A stretch of DNA of 63,906 bases, the filler included, from Acidimicrobiia bacterium (lineage in GTDB: Bacteria; Actinomycetota; Acidimicrobiia; Spongiisociales; JAENVV01), in NCBI GenBank assembly GCA_041577335.1. It is 3 parts of 3 records of this genome, joined end to end, with 100 filler letters (N's around TTAATTAATTAA, not from the genome) between each part and the next. Parts side by side here need not be neighbours in the genome. Positions count along the whole stretch, not along the records: positions 1 to 30,609 come from JBFGJH010000039.1; 2 more parts are not named here. One strand, given 5' to 3'. Under the pieces are notes generated by a model. It searched no databases, was not told the origin of the DNA, and worked only from the letters and a program-made list of their open reading frames with translations. The position numbers and the translations under genes are program-made. This document shows positions 1 to 9,359 of the stretch, piece by piece; within the stretch, counting starts at the first letter, position 1, and every line of letters starts with the position of its first letter.

Positions 1-562
1 GGCAGCAGCAGCAGCAGGGGCGTCGGCGGCCAAGATCTTGGTCCTCTGGGACCCATCCGACCATGCATCCCAGAGGGCACAGGTCGACTGGATCGGAGGG
101 CTCGTGCGCGACTGTGCGCGGGTCAGCCTGCCGTTGCTCCTGGAGCCGATCATCCGGAAGCAGGTTCCGTTCGATGCTCACCTCATGATGATCGAACGCA
201 TGTCTTCACTCGAGCCAGATATCTTGAAGCTGGCGATCCCTGCCGGAGAGACCAGATTCCAGCTCCTCGATCAGGCAGCCCTGGGACGGCCTTGGGTTCT
301 TCTATCGGCCGGCGTTGGGTTTGAGTTGTTCGCCGAACAGGTAGGCGGGGCCTGCGAAGCGGGTGCTTCTGGGTTTGCCGTCGGGCGGGCCTTGTGGGGC
401 GAGTACCTCCATGCGCCCGCGGATCGGGTCGAAGACGCCGTCGCCGCGATGGTTGGGCGCCTCCGCTCGCTATGCGACACCACCTCGGCGTTGGCGACAC
501 CATGGACCGAGCGCGTCGCCGCTCCCCGATCTGATGCACGATGGTATCTGGACAGGATCTGA
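1..562 (+). CDS. Class I aldolase, tagatose-1,6-bisphosphate aldolase (LacD)/YihT-like; 5' truncated
   Basis: LLLEPI, DILKL (Schiff-base Lys), PWVLLSAGV and GASGFAVGRALW motifs; ORF appears to run in from the window edge. Confidence 0.7.
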   Translation, partial: AAAAAGASAAKILVLWDPSDHASQRAQVDWIGGLVRDCARVSLPLLLEPIIRKQVPFDAHLMMIERMSSLEPDILKLAIPAGETRFQLLDQAALGRPWVLLSAGVGFELFAEQVGGACEAGASGFAVGRALWGEYLHAPADRVEDAVAAMVGRLRSLCDTTSALATPWTERVAAPRSDARWYLDRI

Positions 563-1028
563 CGGCAGCTGACCAGTCCGGCCAATCTGCGATCAATGTG
601 CGAGCTCCGGTCTTCTCGGCACACGCGACGGTGAAGATGGCGTTTGGCGGAGCGTCGCACGGGCCATCTTCAGCGTGGGAAGTGTGGTCCGCAGGTCAGC
701 AGGTCGTCGGAGCCGGCCGTTGATACGAGCGAACAGAGAGCGATCGACCCCCCCGGCTGACCGCTCTCTGCCGCTTCGTACCGATGCCCCGGCGCTATCC
801 CCCCCGTGAGGTCGGTGCTATCCGTCTCAGCGCCGCTCGGGCCGCTCCCGACAACACATTGCGCCAAGTCAGTCCCACATGCGTTGTCTGCGGCACGGTC
901 GATGGGCCGTGAGCAGGAAAGCGATGTGGGTACCCCCCCAGGTCTTTGCGCGAACTCTGATGTCGGACGGTTCCGAGTGGCATGGGGAGATCATCACACG
1001 GTGGTCTTAATCAACGCTGAAAGCGCTC

Positions 1029-1541
1029 TTACAGACCGGAAGCGAACACGGCGTGCAGTCCGGGAGTCGGGACGAATCGGCTGGCTGCCTCTTCGAGCTC
1101 TCGGCTCGTCGGGAGGGCTGCTCCGTAGGGGAGATCGGATACGGTTCGATACAGTTCTTCGACGGTCGCCTCGATGGTGATGATCCGCTGCGGCGCATAA
1201 TCGAACAGCAGCTGGAGATACCAGGACCGAAGAGGCTCTGCGAGGGACGGATCCACCAGGTAGTAGTCGGGGAGCGCGACAACTCCGCCTTCGGGGATGA
1301 TGGGGTCGCCACTATCGAGCGATTCTGCCCACCTGTCCACGAGGCGCTGGAGCGGATCGAAGTTCACCACCGTGTATATGGCGGACCGTGATTGGGCGCG
1401 TTTCCACGAACCCATCAATGATTCGTCGTCGCGGACCAAGGCGATCTCGACGCCGATGTTGCTGGCGACCGACTCCAAAGCACGCAGGGTGTCCTCGTGG
1501 GGTGGCCCAACGAGAGCAAGGGTCGTGGTGGCACTATGCAC
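1029..1541 (-). CDS. Hypothetical protein (170 aa)
   Basis: Globular-like composition, LPDYYLV segment; follows the kinase gene on the same strand. Confidence 0.65.
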   Translation of the reverse strand: MHSATTTLALVGPPHEDTLRALESVASNIGVEIALVRDDESLMGSWKRAQSRSAIYTVVNFDPLQRLVDRWAESLDSGDPIIPEGGVVALPDYYLVDPSLAEPLRSWYLQLLFDYAPQRIITIEATVEELYRTVSDLPYGAALPTSRELEEAASRFVPTPGLHAVFASGL

Positions 1542-1566
1542 TCCAACATTCTGCCCGCTCGTCGCG

Positions 1567-3015
1567 CTAACCGAAGAGCGTCATCGCTTTCATCGGAGGA
1601 GGCGTGGGATTCTTGTGCTGTGCCTGTGATCCGTTGACCGGCGCCGGGCCCCGACTCCACCACGGACCGGAGGATTGGGTCAGGTGGCTCAGGGGCGGGG
1701 CTTCGAACTCGGTGCCGGGCAATTCCGTGACGGCGAGCCCAATGGTGAACACCGTGAGACCCTCTTTGCGTTCATACGAGACAGTGCCGTTCATTCCGGC
1801 TACGAGGACTTCGACGATCGATAGGCCGAGCCCGATGCTCCCCGTCAACAGGGGAGTCTCGCCGCGATGCACGAATCGCTCGAAGAGACGGTCGGCCACC
1901 TGGTCGGGAACACCGTCGCCATCGTCGACGACCTCGAACAGGTACCGATCGTCTGTCCGCTTGCCGTACACGGTGACCGTCGGCCCGCCATGGGTGGTCG
2001 CGTTGGAGACCAGATTGCGCAATACCTGGCGGAGTCGCAAGCGATCGGCAAGAACGACTCCCGGTTCAACGACGACGTTGATGTCAATGGCCCCTCTCTG
2101 GAACGGCGTTACGGCTTCACGAACCTCGCGGGCGACGTCGACTTCCTCTTCTTGGAAATGCAACCCGTCACCTTCGGCCTTGGCAGCCGTGAGCAGGTCA
2201 TCGACCATGCGGCTGAGGTCGGACGCCTCATGGATGATGAGATTGGTCATCTCCGACTGCATTTGCCGATCTTCGAAGCCGGATTCCTCCATGGCCAGAG
2301 CGAAACCGTAGATCCCGGTGAGCGGCGTGCGGAGCTCGTGGCTCAGATTCGAGATCATCTCGTCCTTGGCGGCGTTCAGCTCGGATTCGTGTTTGAGGGC
2401 TTGGAGCAACTCGCTCCGTCGTCGCCTCCGGGTCACGATCGCCCTGAAAGCAATCAACGCCACAGCCGGCACGATCACGGCGACTCCAAAGCTCGTGATG
2501 AGGCCCCAACGACCGGCGGTGCTGGATTCAACCGTGATGATTTCCTCGGCGGCCAGCCGCTCCACGGCTGAAACCTCCCGAATGTTGCTGAGGCTGCGGG
2601 TGAGCCGACCGTCGATCAAGATTCGGGCGGTGTCAGTGTCTCCGGCTTCCAGCAGGTCCAGGAGATCGCTGATTCCGCTGGTCACGACCTTTCGTTCTGC
2701 CACGAGCATCGGATTGGCTGACTCTGCATAGACCACGCCGGTATCGCGCAGAGCGTCCAATGCTTCAGCCTTTTGCTCTTCGTTGGCGAGACCCGCCTGC
2801 TCGGCGGCGGTGAAGAGCAGAGCGCTTTCCATCTGGCTCTGCGTGAATGCGGCAATCCCGGCGGCATCAGCGGCCTGCCGGCGCTCGGTTGCCGCATCGG
2901 CGACTCGCTGGGTCTGCTCAGACTGCGCGAACGCGAGCGACAGGACGATGGTCAGGAGAACCACCGCGAGCGTGAGTGCCGTCAAGAGCACGGATCTCGA
3001 ATCGAGACCTTTCAT
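1567..3015 (-). CDS. Membrane sensor histidine kinase (HisKA + HATPase)
   Basis: Two TM segments, H-box SHELRTPLT, N-box NLVSNA, DDGDG and GLGL; start reassigned to ATG 3015 (MKGLDSR). Confidence 0.9.
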   Translation of the reverse strand: MKGLDSRSVLLTALTLAVVLLTIVLSLAFAQSEQTQRVADAATERRQAADAAGIAAFTQSQMESALLFTAAEQAGLANEEQKAEALDALRDTGVVYAESANPMLVAERKVVTSGISDLLDLLEAGDTDTARILIDGRLTRSLSNIREVSAVERLAAEEIITVESSTAGRWGLITSFGVAVIVPAVALIAFRAIVTRRRRRSELLQALKHESELNAAKDEMISNLSHELRTPLTGIYGFALAMEESGFEDRQMQSEMTNLIIHEASDLSRMVDDLLTAAKAEGDGLHFQEEEVDVAREVREAVTPFQRGAIDINVVVEPGVVLADRLRLRQVLRNLVSNATTHGGPTVTVYGKRTDDRYLFEVVDDGDGVPDQVADRLFERFVHRGETPLLTGSIGLGLSIVEVLVAGMNGTVSYERKEGLTVFTIGLAVTELPGTEFEAPPLSHLTQSSGPWWSRGPAPVNGSQAQHKNPTPPPMKAMTLFG

Positions 3016-3105
3016 AGGTCTTCTTTCGGCTTCGGACGGAGGCGTCTTGAGACCTGCCCACGTTGCGCGGTCAAGAATACCGCACAGAGTGCCGATATTG
3101 GAAGG

Positions 3106-4212
3106 ATGGGAGCGCAAACCCGACTCATCCGTCCGATCCTGGCCCTCATGGTCGTTGCTCTGGCCGCGACGTTGTTGGGAATCCCCGCCCGTGCCGGCGG
3201 TGGTGACCCGATCGCCCAGATGGAAGCCGTGGTCGAGCACATGGAGGATGCCATGGCGCACGTCATTGATGAGTTCGAGTGGAAGCTCGTGGAGGCCGAA
3301 ACTGAGACCGAACAGTGGGCTGCCTACATCGACTGCGTGGCCGAAGTCGAGTACAAGCGTGACTACAAGCTCAACGCCATCGCCGAAATCGCTGGCGGCG
3401 ACTCGGAGCTGCAGGAAGCTCGTCAACACTTCTCGGCGATGATCAATGAGCTCGCTGACCAGACTCTCCAGGAACTCGCCGACATGTTCGAAGGCGCCGA
3501 GCCACCAGGCACTACGACCACCATAACGCTGCCTTCCTCGACGACCACTTTGCCCGAGTTGCCGACCACCACAGTCCTGGAGTCAACGACGACGACTCAC
3601 CAGACCACCACCACGACGCGGCCCCGCAACACGACCACCACGAAGCCTCCTAGAAGCACCACGACAACGACTTCTCCGGCTTTGCCGGCACCTCCCCCTT
3701 CGACGACTGTCCCGCCCACAACCGCGCCCGCTTCCTCGACTTCAACAACCACCACAACCTCGCCTGCAGTAGGCGATGAAGCCGCGCCGCCCCCGCCCCC
3801 GCCGAGTACCACCACGACCGTGCCGTCCTTGTTTGATAGTGGCAGTGCGGGCGCCTTCGCTGCAGTCAACGAACGGCTGACCGGTGAGCAGATAGAGTCA
3901 CTCGATGCCGAGTCGACGCGCCTCGATGCCGAAGCAGCGAGGCCTGCGGCTCTCGATCTGGCAGTCTCCTTCGATGCCCAATCCGGCCTCATGGATGGGA
4001 CCATGCTCATGGTCGACTATGTCGGATCGAGCCTGCCGGCTCCGATAGCTGCTCCGGTAATCAGCCTGGTTGCCGTGATCGAGATGATCGTGCGTGCCCT
4101 GCTCAGTGGGACGAAGGCTTTCATCGCACCGGCAATGGTCTTTGGGGTCTACGCCGGTTACCGGTCGCTGCTCAGCTTCGTTTCCTACCGGCGGGCTGGT
4201 GCCGCCGTGTAA
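3106..4212 (+). CDS. Secreted/membrane-anchored protein with Thr/Pro-rich linker
   Basis: Signal peptide (LIRPILALMVVALAATLLGIPARA), acidic helical domain, long T/P/S tract, C-terminal hydrophobic segments. Confidence 0.75.
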   Translation: MGAQTRLIRPILALMVVALAATLLGIPARAGGGDPIAQMEAVVEHMEDAMAHVIDEFEWKLVEAETETEQWAAYIDCVAEVEYKRDYKLNAIAEIAGGDSELQEARQHFSAMINELADQTLQELADMFEGAEPPGTTTTITLPSSTTTLPELPTTTVLESTTTTHQTTTTTRPRNTTTTKPPRSTTTTTSPALPAPPPSTTVPPTTAPASSTSTTTTTSPAVGDEAAPPPPPPSTTTTVPSLFDSGSAGAFAAVNERLTGEQIESLDAESTRLDAEAARPAALDLAVSFDAQSGLMDGTMLMVDYVGSSLPAPIAAPVISLVAVIEMIVRALLSGTKAFIAPAMVFGVYAGYRSLLSFVSYRRAGAAV

Positions 4213-4223
4213 CGTGCCTCGGC

Positions 4224-5045
4224 GTGGGCACTCTTTCCGATCAGATCACCTCGTGGCCCGTGGGGCGAGCAGCCGCCGCTGTCTTCGCCCCCGGGCAGGT
4301 GCTCGAGACGCTCGGAGACAGCACATGGAGAGTGCGCATCGCCTCCGTGTCGAAACTCGTTGCGTCCCTTGTTGTCCTGGTTGCGCTGGACGAGGAGACC
4401 TTGGATATCGATGAACCTGCCGGCCCTCCGGGATCGACGGTCCGCCATCTACTGGCTCACGCGTCCGGGCTGCACTTCAATCAACATCGGACGGTCACCG
4501 CTCCCGGGCAACGGCGGATCTACTCAAACACAGGAATCGAGCAGTTGGCCGACCACCTCGCCGGCCGGGCCGGGATGCCGTTCGAAGAGTATCAACGCCG
4601 AGCCGTTCTCGAACCGCTGGGGATGGCTGCCACCAGCCTGCGCGGCTCACCGGCGCATGATGTGTGGAGCAATGTGGACGACTTGTCGCGTCTCGTGCTC
4701 GAATTGTTGACTCCGACACTCGTCTCGGCGGAGACATTGCGCGCAGCAACGAGCATCCAATTCCCCGAGCTTCGGGGGGTGGTCCCAGGACTCGGCTCGT
4801 TTGACCCGAACCCCTGGGGTCTCGGCTTTGAGGTCAGAGGCGACAAGTCCCCGCACTGGACTGGCTCATCGAATTCGCCGTCGACCTTTGGCCACTTTGG
4901 CGGGTCCGGTACTTTTCTCTGGGTAGACCCCGAGCACCAATTAGCCGCCTTGGCGCTGACGGATCGCCAGTTCGGAGAGTGGTCACTGGCGGTGTGGCCG
5001 GCATTCTCGGACGAGGTGATCAGAGCTCACGCCACAACGGGCTGA
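4224..5045 (+). CDS. Serine hydrolase, beta-lactamase-like family
   Basis: SVSK (SxxK), LLAHASG, YSN and FGHFGGSG motifs. Confidence 0.85.
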   Translation: MGTLSDQITSWPVGRAAAAVFAPGQVLETLGDSTWRVRIASVSKLVASLVVLVALDEETLDIDEPAGPPGSTVRHLLAHASGLHFNQHRTVTAPGQRRIYSNTGIEQLADHLAGRAGMPFEEYQRRAVLEPLGMAATSLRGSPAHDVWSNVDDLSRLVLELLTPTLVSAETLRAATSIQFPELRGVVPGLGSFDPNPWGLGFEVRGDKSPHWTGSSNSPSTFGHFGGSGTFLWVDPEHQLAALALTDRQFGEWSLAVWPAFSDEVIRAHATTG

Positions 5046-6418
5046 GCATCTGCCGCCATCGGCAGGCGAACCTCGAAACGAGCGCCCCCTTCGGGCCCAT
5101 TGGACGCTGCCACAGAGCCGCCGTACGACTCGACGATGGCGCTGACGATTGCCAGCCCGAGCCCCGATCCGCCGGTGGCCCTCGCCCGCGACCGATCGAC
5201 GCGGTAGAAGCGATCGAAGAGGTGAGGGATGTGATCAGGATCGAGCCCCGGACCGTCGTCGGCGATGACGATCCGGACGTCGTCTTCGGTGACGTTCACC
5301 GAGATCTCGACGGCGGTCGAGTCTGGTGTGTGAACGCGGGTGTTGGCGAGAAGGTTGCTGATGACTTGTGAGATGCGATGCTCCTCGCCCCGCATTTTGA
5401 CTGCGGGAGGCCCGGCAATGGTCACGGTTCGTCCTGAGTCGATTGCACGGTGGTCGTTGACGGCGTCTCCGATCACACCCATGAGGTCGAATTCTCGGCT
5501 AGCTCCGGCCGGCTCTTGATCCAGGCGTGCCAACAACAACATGTCCTCGACCAACCGCTGCATGCGCGTGGCCTCGCGACGGATGCGAGCCACCACCCGG
5601 TCGAGCTCCTCGCCGCTCAGGGCACCTTTCTGATACAGCTCCATATAGCCGGCAATCGCCGTGATGGGGGTGCGCAGCTCGTGCGACGCGTCGGCAACGA
5701 ACTGCTGAAGCCGAGTCTGAGAATCCCGCTCTGTCTCGAAAGCGGCTTCGATTCGAGCGAGCATGTCGTTGAGGGCCGCGCCAAGCTGGCCCAACTCGGT
5801 GTGCGGGTCGACGTCATCCACCCGCCGGGTGAGGTCGCCCCCGGCGATGCCCTGGGCGGTGGCCACCATTTCTTCGACGGGACGCAAGGCGCGGGTGACG
5901 GTCCACCATGTGGCCGCCCCCCCGATGAGGGCGACGGTGGCAGCGGCCAAAAGGGTCGTGTTGAGGATCGCCGATATCGACGCCTCGACTTCCTCGAGCG
6001 GGACTGCCATGACCGCCGTTGTGTTTTCCCCCGGCTCAAAGACCACCGCCCGGAATCGGATTGAGCGGTCCGTTGCCGTGAGTGTGGTGAGGTAGGGACC
6101 CCCATCGGGGGCCCTCAGTGCGCTTACATCGGGTAGCGGGTCGGGCGATTCCACATAGCCAGACGGCTGGGCAAAGATCTCGCCGGTCGGGTCCCAGCGA
6201 ATGAGCGCCACCGCCTGCTGGTCGGGGAGAAAGCCGAACCCGGCGGGCCTGCCTCTCCGGGTCTGACCCGTATTGATTTGCAGGGCCGACAGAAGCTCAT
6301 CGTCGATCTGGCCGATCAACACCGAGCGGTTGGTCTGCACGATCACCGCGCCCAGAACGACGACGATGGCCACGAGGAGCAGCGTCAGCCAGAGAACGAG
6401 CCGGGTGCGCAGCTTCAT
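5027..6418 (-). CDS. HAMP-domain sensor histidine kinase
   Basis: Two TMs, HAMP, ADASHELRTP, DDGPG, FDRFYR, GGSGLGL; ATG 6418 overlaps the regulator stop (ATGA). Confidence 0.92.
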   Translation of the reverse strand: MKLRTRLVLWLTLLLVAIVVVLGAVIVQTNRSVLIGQIDDELLSALQINTGQTRRGRPAGFGFLPDQQAVALIRWDPTGEIFAQPSGYVESPDPLPDVSALRAPDGGPYLTTLTATDRSIRFRAVVFEPGENTTAVMAVPLEEVEASISAILNTTLLAAATVALIGGAATWWTVTRALRPVEEMVATAQGIAGGDLTRRVDDVDPHTELGQLGAALNDMLARIEAAFETERDSQTRLQQFVADASHELRTPITAIAGYMELYQKGALSGEELDRVVARIRREATRMQRLVEDMLLLARLDQEPAGASREFDLMGVIGDAVNDHRAIDSGRTVTIAGPPAVKMRGEEHRISQVISNLLANTRVHTPDSTAVEISVNVTEDDVRIVIADDGPGLDPDHIPHLFDRFYRVDRSRARATGGSGLGLAIVSAIVESYGGSVAASNGPEGGARFEVRLPMAADAQPVVA

Positions 6419-7101
6419 GGCCTGAGTACATACCCCACGCCACGGATGGTCTCCAGGTGACTGCCGCCGTCGCCGAGCTTCTTGCGGAGATAGCTGACGT
6501 ATGTCTCCACAACCGATGCGTTCCCGTCGAAGTCGTATTCCCACACGTAGTCGAGGATCTGGCCTTTCGATAGCACCCGCCCAGAGTTGAGCATCAGGTA
6601 ATGGAGCAGGCGGAATTCGGTCGGTGACAGGTTGATCACCGCGCCGTCGACGGTGACGAGGTGGGCGTCTTCGTCGAGGACGATATCGCCAACTGCAACC
6701 CGGTGGGCCTGGTCTTGGGTGCCGCCGTTCGATCGGCGCAGGACGGCTTCGATACGCAGGGCCAGCTCTTCGAGGCTGAAGGGCTTGGTCAGGTAGTCAT
6801 CGCCACCATGACCAAACCCGGTGCGGAGGTCTTCCGGCTGGTCGCGAGCCGTGAGGAAGATCACCGGGAAGCTGTGCCCGTCGTGGCGGAGCTTCCTGCA
6901 CACGTCAAACCCGCTGATGTCAGGGAGATTGACATCGAGCACGGCCAAATCAGGCGGCATCGTCTTCACCGAGCGGAGCGCGTCGTATCCCTGGTGAACT
7001 GTCGTGACGTCGTAGCCGGCGAATCGCAAAGCGCTCGAGACGAGATCTGCGATGGACTCTTCGTCGTCGACCACCAAGATGTTTTTGGCTGTATCCGGCA
7101 C
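6415..7101 (-). CDS. OmpR/PhoB-family response regulator
   Basis: VVDDE, LDVNLP, FLTARD, KPF, winged-helix end ETIRGVGY. Confidence 0.93.
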   Translation of the reverse strand: MPDTAKNILVVDDEESIADLVSSALRFAGYDVTTVHQGYDALRSVKTMPPDLAVLDVNLPDISGFDVCRKLRHDGHSFPVIFLTARDQPEDLRTGFGHGGDDYLTKPFSLEELALRIEAVLRRSNGGTQDQAHRVAVGDIVLDEDAHLVTVDGAVINLSPTEFRLLHYLMLNSGRVLSKGQILDYVWEYDFDGNASVVETYVSYLRKKLGDGGSHLETIRGVGYVLRP

Positions 7102-7138
7102 GGAACCTCCTTCTCTCCGAGATTATGGCCTACCGCAC

Positions 7139-7167
7139 CTGGGTGTTTCCTGAGAGTCGCCTGGGAG
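7139..7167. promoter_or_regulatory. Three direct repeats at 11-bp spacing (CTGGGTG/CTGAGAG/CTGGGAG); putative OmpR-family operator
   Basis: Repeats start at 7139, 7150 and 7161 in the divergent intergenic region; reverse strand reads CTCCCAG-N4-CTCTCAG-N4-CACCCAG. Confidence 0.55.
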
Positions 7168-7276
7168 GCGTCTGCACGCACGATTCTGAGGCAACTCACA
7201 GTGATGTGTGAGCTTCGTATCAGTCGCAGGCCCGAGTGTGACGACGTACTGACACGGACGCCACAAGGAGGCCGTC

Positions 7277-7930
7277 ATGAAGAAATCGCTCGTCACCACC
7301 ACCGCAGTCGCCGCTGCGCTGGGAGGTCTCGTTACCGGAGCGGTCATCACCGCAGGACCGGCAGCCATAGCCCAAGAAAACGCCACCACCACCGAGCAAA
7401 GCCAGGAGAGTTTCGTCGAAGAACGGCTTCAGCGAGCCACCGACGCCATTCGCGAGGCATTGTCGGGATTGGTCGCCGATGACACGATCACCGAGAGCCA
7501 GGCAGATGCCGTAGCGTCGACTCTGGCTGCCGAGGGCCCGTTTGGACATCGTCATCGAGGTCACGGCCTCGGCTTGGCGGCATCCTCAGAGCTGAGTGAT
7601 CTGCTCGGGCTCGAGACCAGCGAGCTGTTTGCGGAGCTTGCTGAAGGAAACACCCTGGCCGACGTGGCCGAGGCGCAGGGAGTTGATCCCGACGCCGTCG
7701 CCGACGTGCTGGTGAGTGAGGCCGAGGAGCGTCTCAACGCAGCGGCCGAGAAAGGCTTCATCGATGAGGCAGAAGTGGCCGAGAAGCTCGCCGACATTGA
7801 GGAATCCATCGACGATGTGATTAATGGCGAGTTGCCGATTCGCCGCAATGGCCATCGTGGGTTTGGCCGAGGGTTTGGGGGTGCCGACGGTGCCGCGGTA
7901 GACGACGTCGCCACCAGCTCGACCTCGTAG
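7277..7930 (+). CDS. Secreted acidic helical hypothetical protein
   Basis: AGGAGG RBS, signal peptide ending AIA, His/Gly-rich patches. Confidence 0.8.
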   Translation: MKKSLVTTTAVAAALGGLVTGAVITAGPAAIAQENATTTEQSQESFVEERLQRATDAIREALSGLVADDTITESQADAVASTLAAEGPFGHRHRGHGLGLAASSELSDLLGLETSELFAELAEGNTLADVAEAQGVDPDAVADVLVSEAEERLNAAAEKGFIDEAEVAEKLADIEESIDDVINGELPIRRNGHRGFGRGFGGADGAAVDDVATSSTS

Positions 7931-7944
7931 GCGGCAACGCAGCA

Positions 7945-7978
7945 GAAAGGGTGCGGGCAGCAATGCCTGCACCCTTTC
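7945..7978. terminator. Intrinsic terminator-like hairpin
   Basis: GAAAGGGTGCGGGCA-GCAA-TGCCTGCACCCTTTC between convergent genes. Confidence 0.7.
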
Positions 7979-8025
7979 CGTCGGTGGGGCGAGCTGCCTC
8001 GGAATGAAGGACACCCAGATCGCGC

Positions 8026-9285
8026 TCAGCCGACTATCAAACTTTCGTCACCGATCGCAATTGCCCGCAGGTGGTGGAAGGCTCGCTGAGTGAGGAGCGC
8101 CAGCGCCGCCAGCTCACCAACGAGAAACCCGTTGGCGAATCGTTGGGGCGCGGTGCCCGAGAACGTCATTATCCCGACGATCATGACGGTGAGTGCGATC
8201 GTCCAAGCAACAGCGATCGATCGCGTGTGGTGCGTTGCAATGAGCACCAGGCCGACGAAGAGGGCACCGGCCGCCACCACGACTCCAACGGCTCCAACGG
8301 ACATCAGCATGCTCGTCGGCCGGAACTCCGCCCCGTAGATGGCGGCTACAACCGACGGCCCGAGCCATGCGGCTGAGGCCCCGGCCATGATCGCCGCGGC
8401 CGCTCCAATGGCCAATCCCCTTTGTGTCCGCCGTCGGACGGCATCGGTTCTGCCTTCGTCGACTTCGATGGTGACCCAATGAAGGATTCGACTCAAGAAG
8501 TTGTACGACGACGTCAGTGGCCCTCGCAGCAACACGAAGCTCACGAACACGACTGATACCTCAACGGCTGACCCGCCGAGAAACCCGACCACGATCGGCC
8601 CCGATGCGAGGATCACCTGAGCGGCGACGGTACCAATCACGAGCCCAGTCAGAAGCCTGCCTTCTCGCTCCGGCGCAGGAGCGAGACTGGTCGTCGACCC
8701 CGCCCATGGCCGGCCTGCAAGGCCGGCGACGGCGGCCGCCAGCATCGCCAGAACAAGTGATGAAGCAGTCGGTCGCCATGCCAGGAGGGCTGCGGCAACC
8801 AACAGTCGCGTCAGCGCTTCGGAGGCGACCGAGATGCCGTAGTCGCGCAGCCGCAGCTGCCCGGCCGTGATTCCTCGGGTTAGTGCAAAGCCCGTATTCA
8901 AACCTGCCAGCGCAACGACGGCCGGGATGTACCACATGACTCCGGCGAAGTTGTCGTCGAGCGTGAGCGCAACGAAGGCGCCCGAGATCACCATCGAGAC
9001 TGCGACGGTCGCGATGATGGGTAGTCGCAGCGGCCGGAGAGATGCGAGGTCGCCACCCGCCAGCGCCAAACGGCGCGCCACGATCTGCTCGATCGGCAGG
9101 AGAAACATCGTGAAGCCCAGGAAGTACACCGTCCAGAGCTGACCGATGGGCGCGTAAGCCTCGGCTCCCAGCGTCCGCGTACCGAGCGCTTGAAACCCGA
9201 ACACCGCCACGATCCCGACGAGCGTGGCGATCACGATCGGCCGGGTTGTCGTCCTGGGTTGTAGCGGCTCCGCTGCTGCGGTCAT
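8026..9285 (-). CDS. Polysaccharide flippase-like (Wzx/MOP superfamily) membrane protein
   Basis: About 12 TM segments, N-terminal RTLGAEAY motif, IYGAEF. Confidence 0.6.
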   Translation of the reverse strand: MTAAAEPLQPRTTTRPIVIATLVGIVAVFGFQALGTRTLGAEAYAPIGQLWTVYFLGFTMFLLPIEQIVARRLALAGGDLASLRPLRLPIIATVAVSMVISGAFVALTLDDNFAGVMWYIPAVVALAGLNTGFALTRGITAGQLRLRDYGISVASEALTRLLVAAALLAWRPTASSLVLAMLAAAVAGLAGRPWAGSTTSLAPAPEREGRLLTGLVIGTVAAQVILASGPIVVGFLGGSAVEVSVVFVSFVLLRGPLTSSYNFLSRILHWVTIEVDEGRTDAVRRRTQRGLAIGAAAAIMAGASAAWLGPSVVAAIYGAEFRPTSMLMSVGAVGVVVAAGALFVGLVLIATHHTRSIAVAWTIALTVMIVGIMTFSGTAPQRFANGFLVGELAALALLTQRAFHHLRAIAIGDESLIVG

Positions 9286-9359
9286 GAGGGTTTCATTGTG
9301 TGGGGGGCAAGAGGCTACCGCCCCACCCCGACTCCATGAACCTCGAGCAGCAACGCTTC

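Noticed and set aside
790..850. TPP riboswitch-like start (GGGAGC...GCTGAGA) on the minus strand
   Set aside because: The downstream CCTGA/TAATGC/AGGGA core is missing and no thiamine gene follows
4224..5045. Beta-lactam resistance gene
   Set aside because: No signal peptide; generic SxxK esterase-like family, so resistance cannot be claimed
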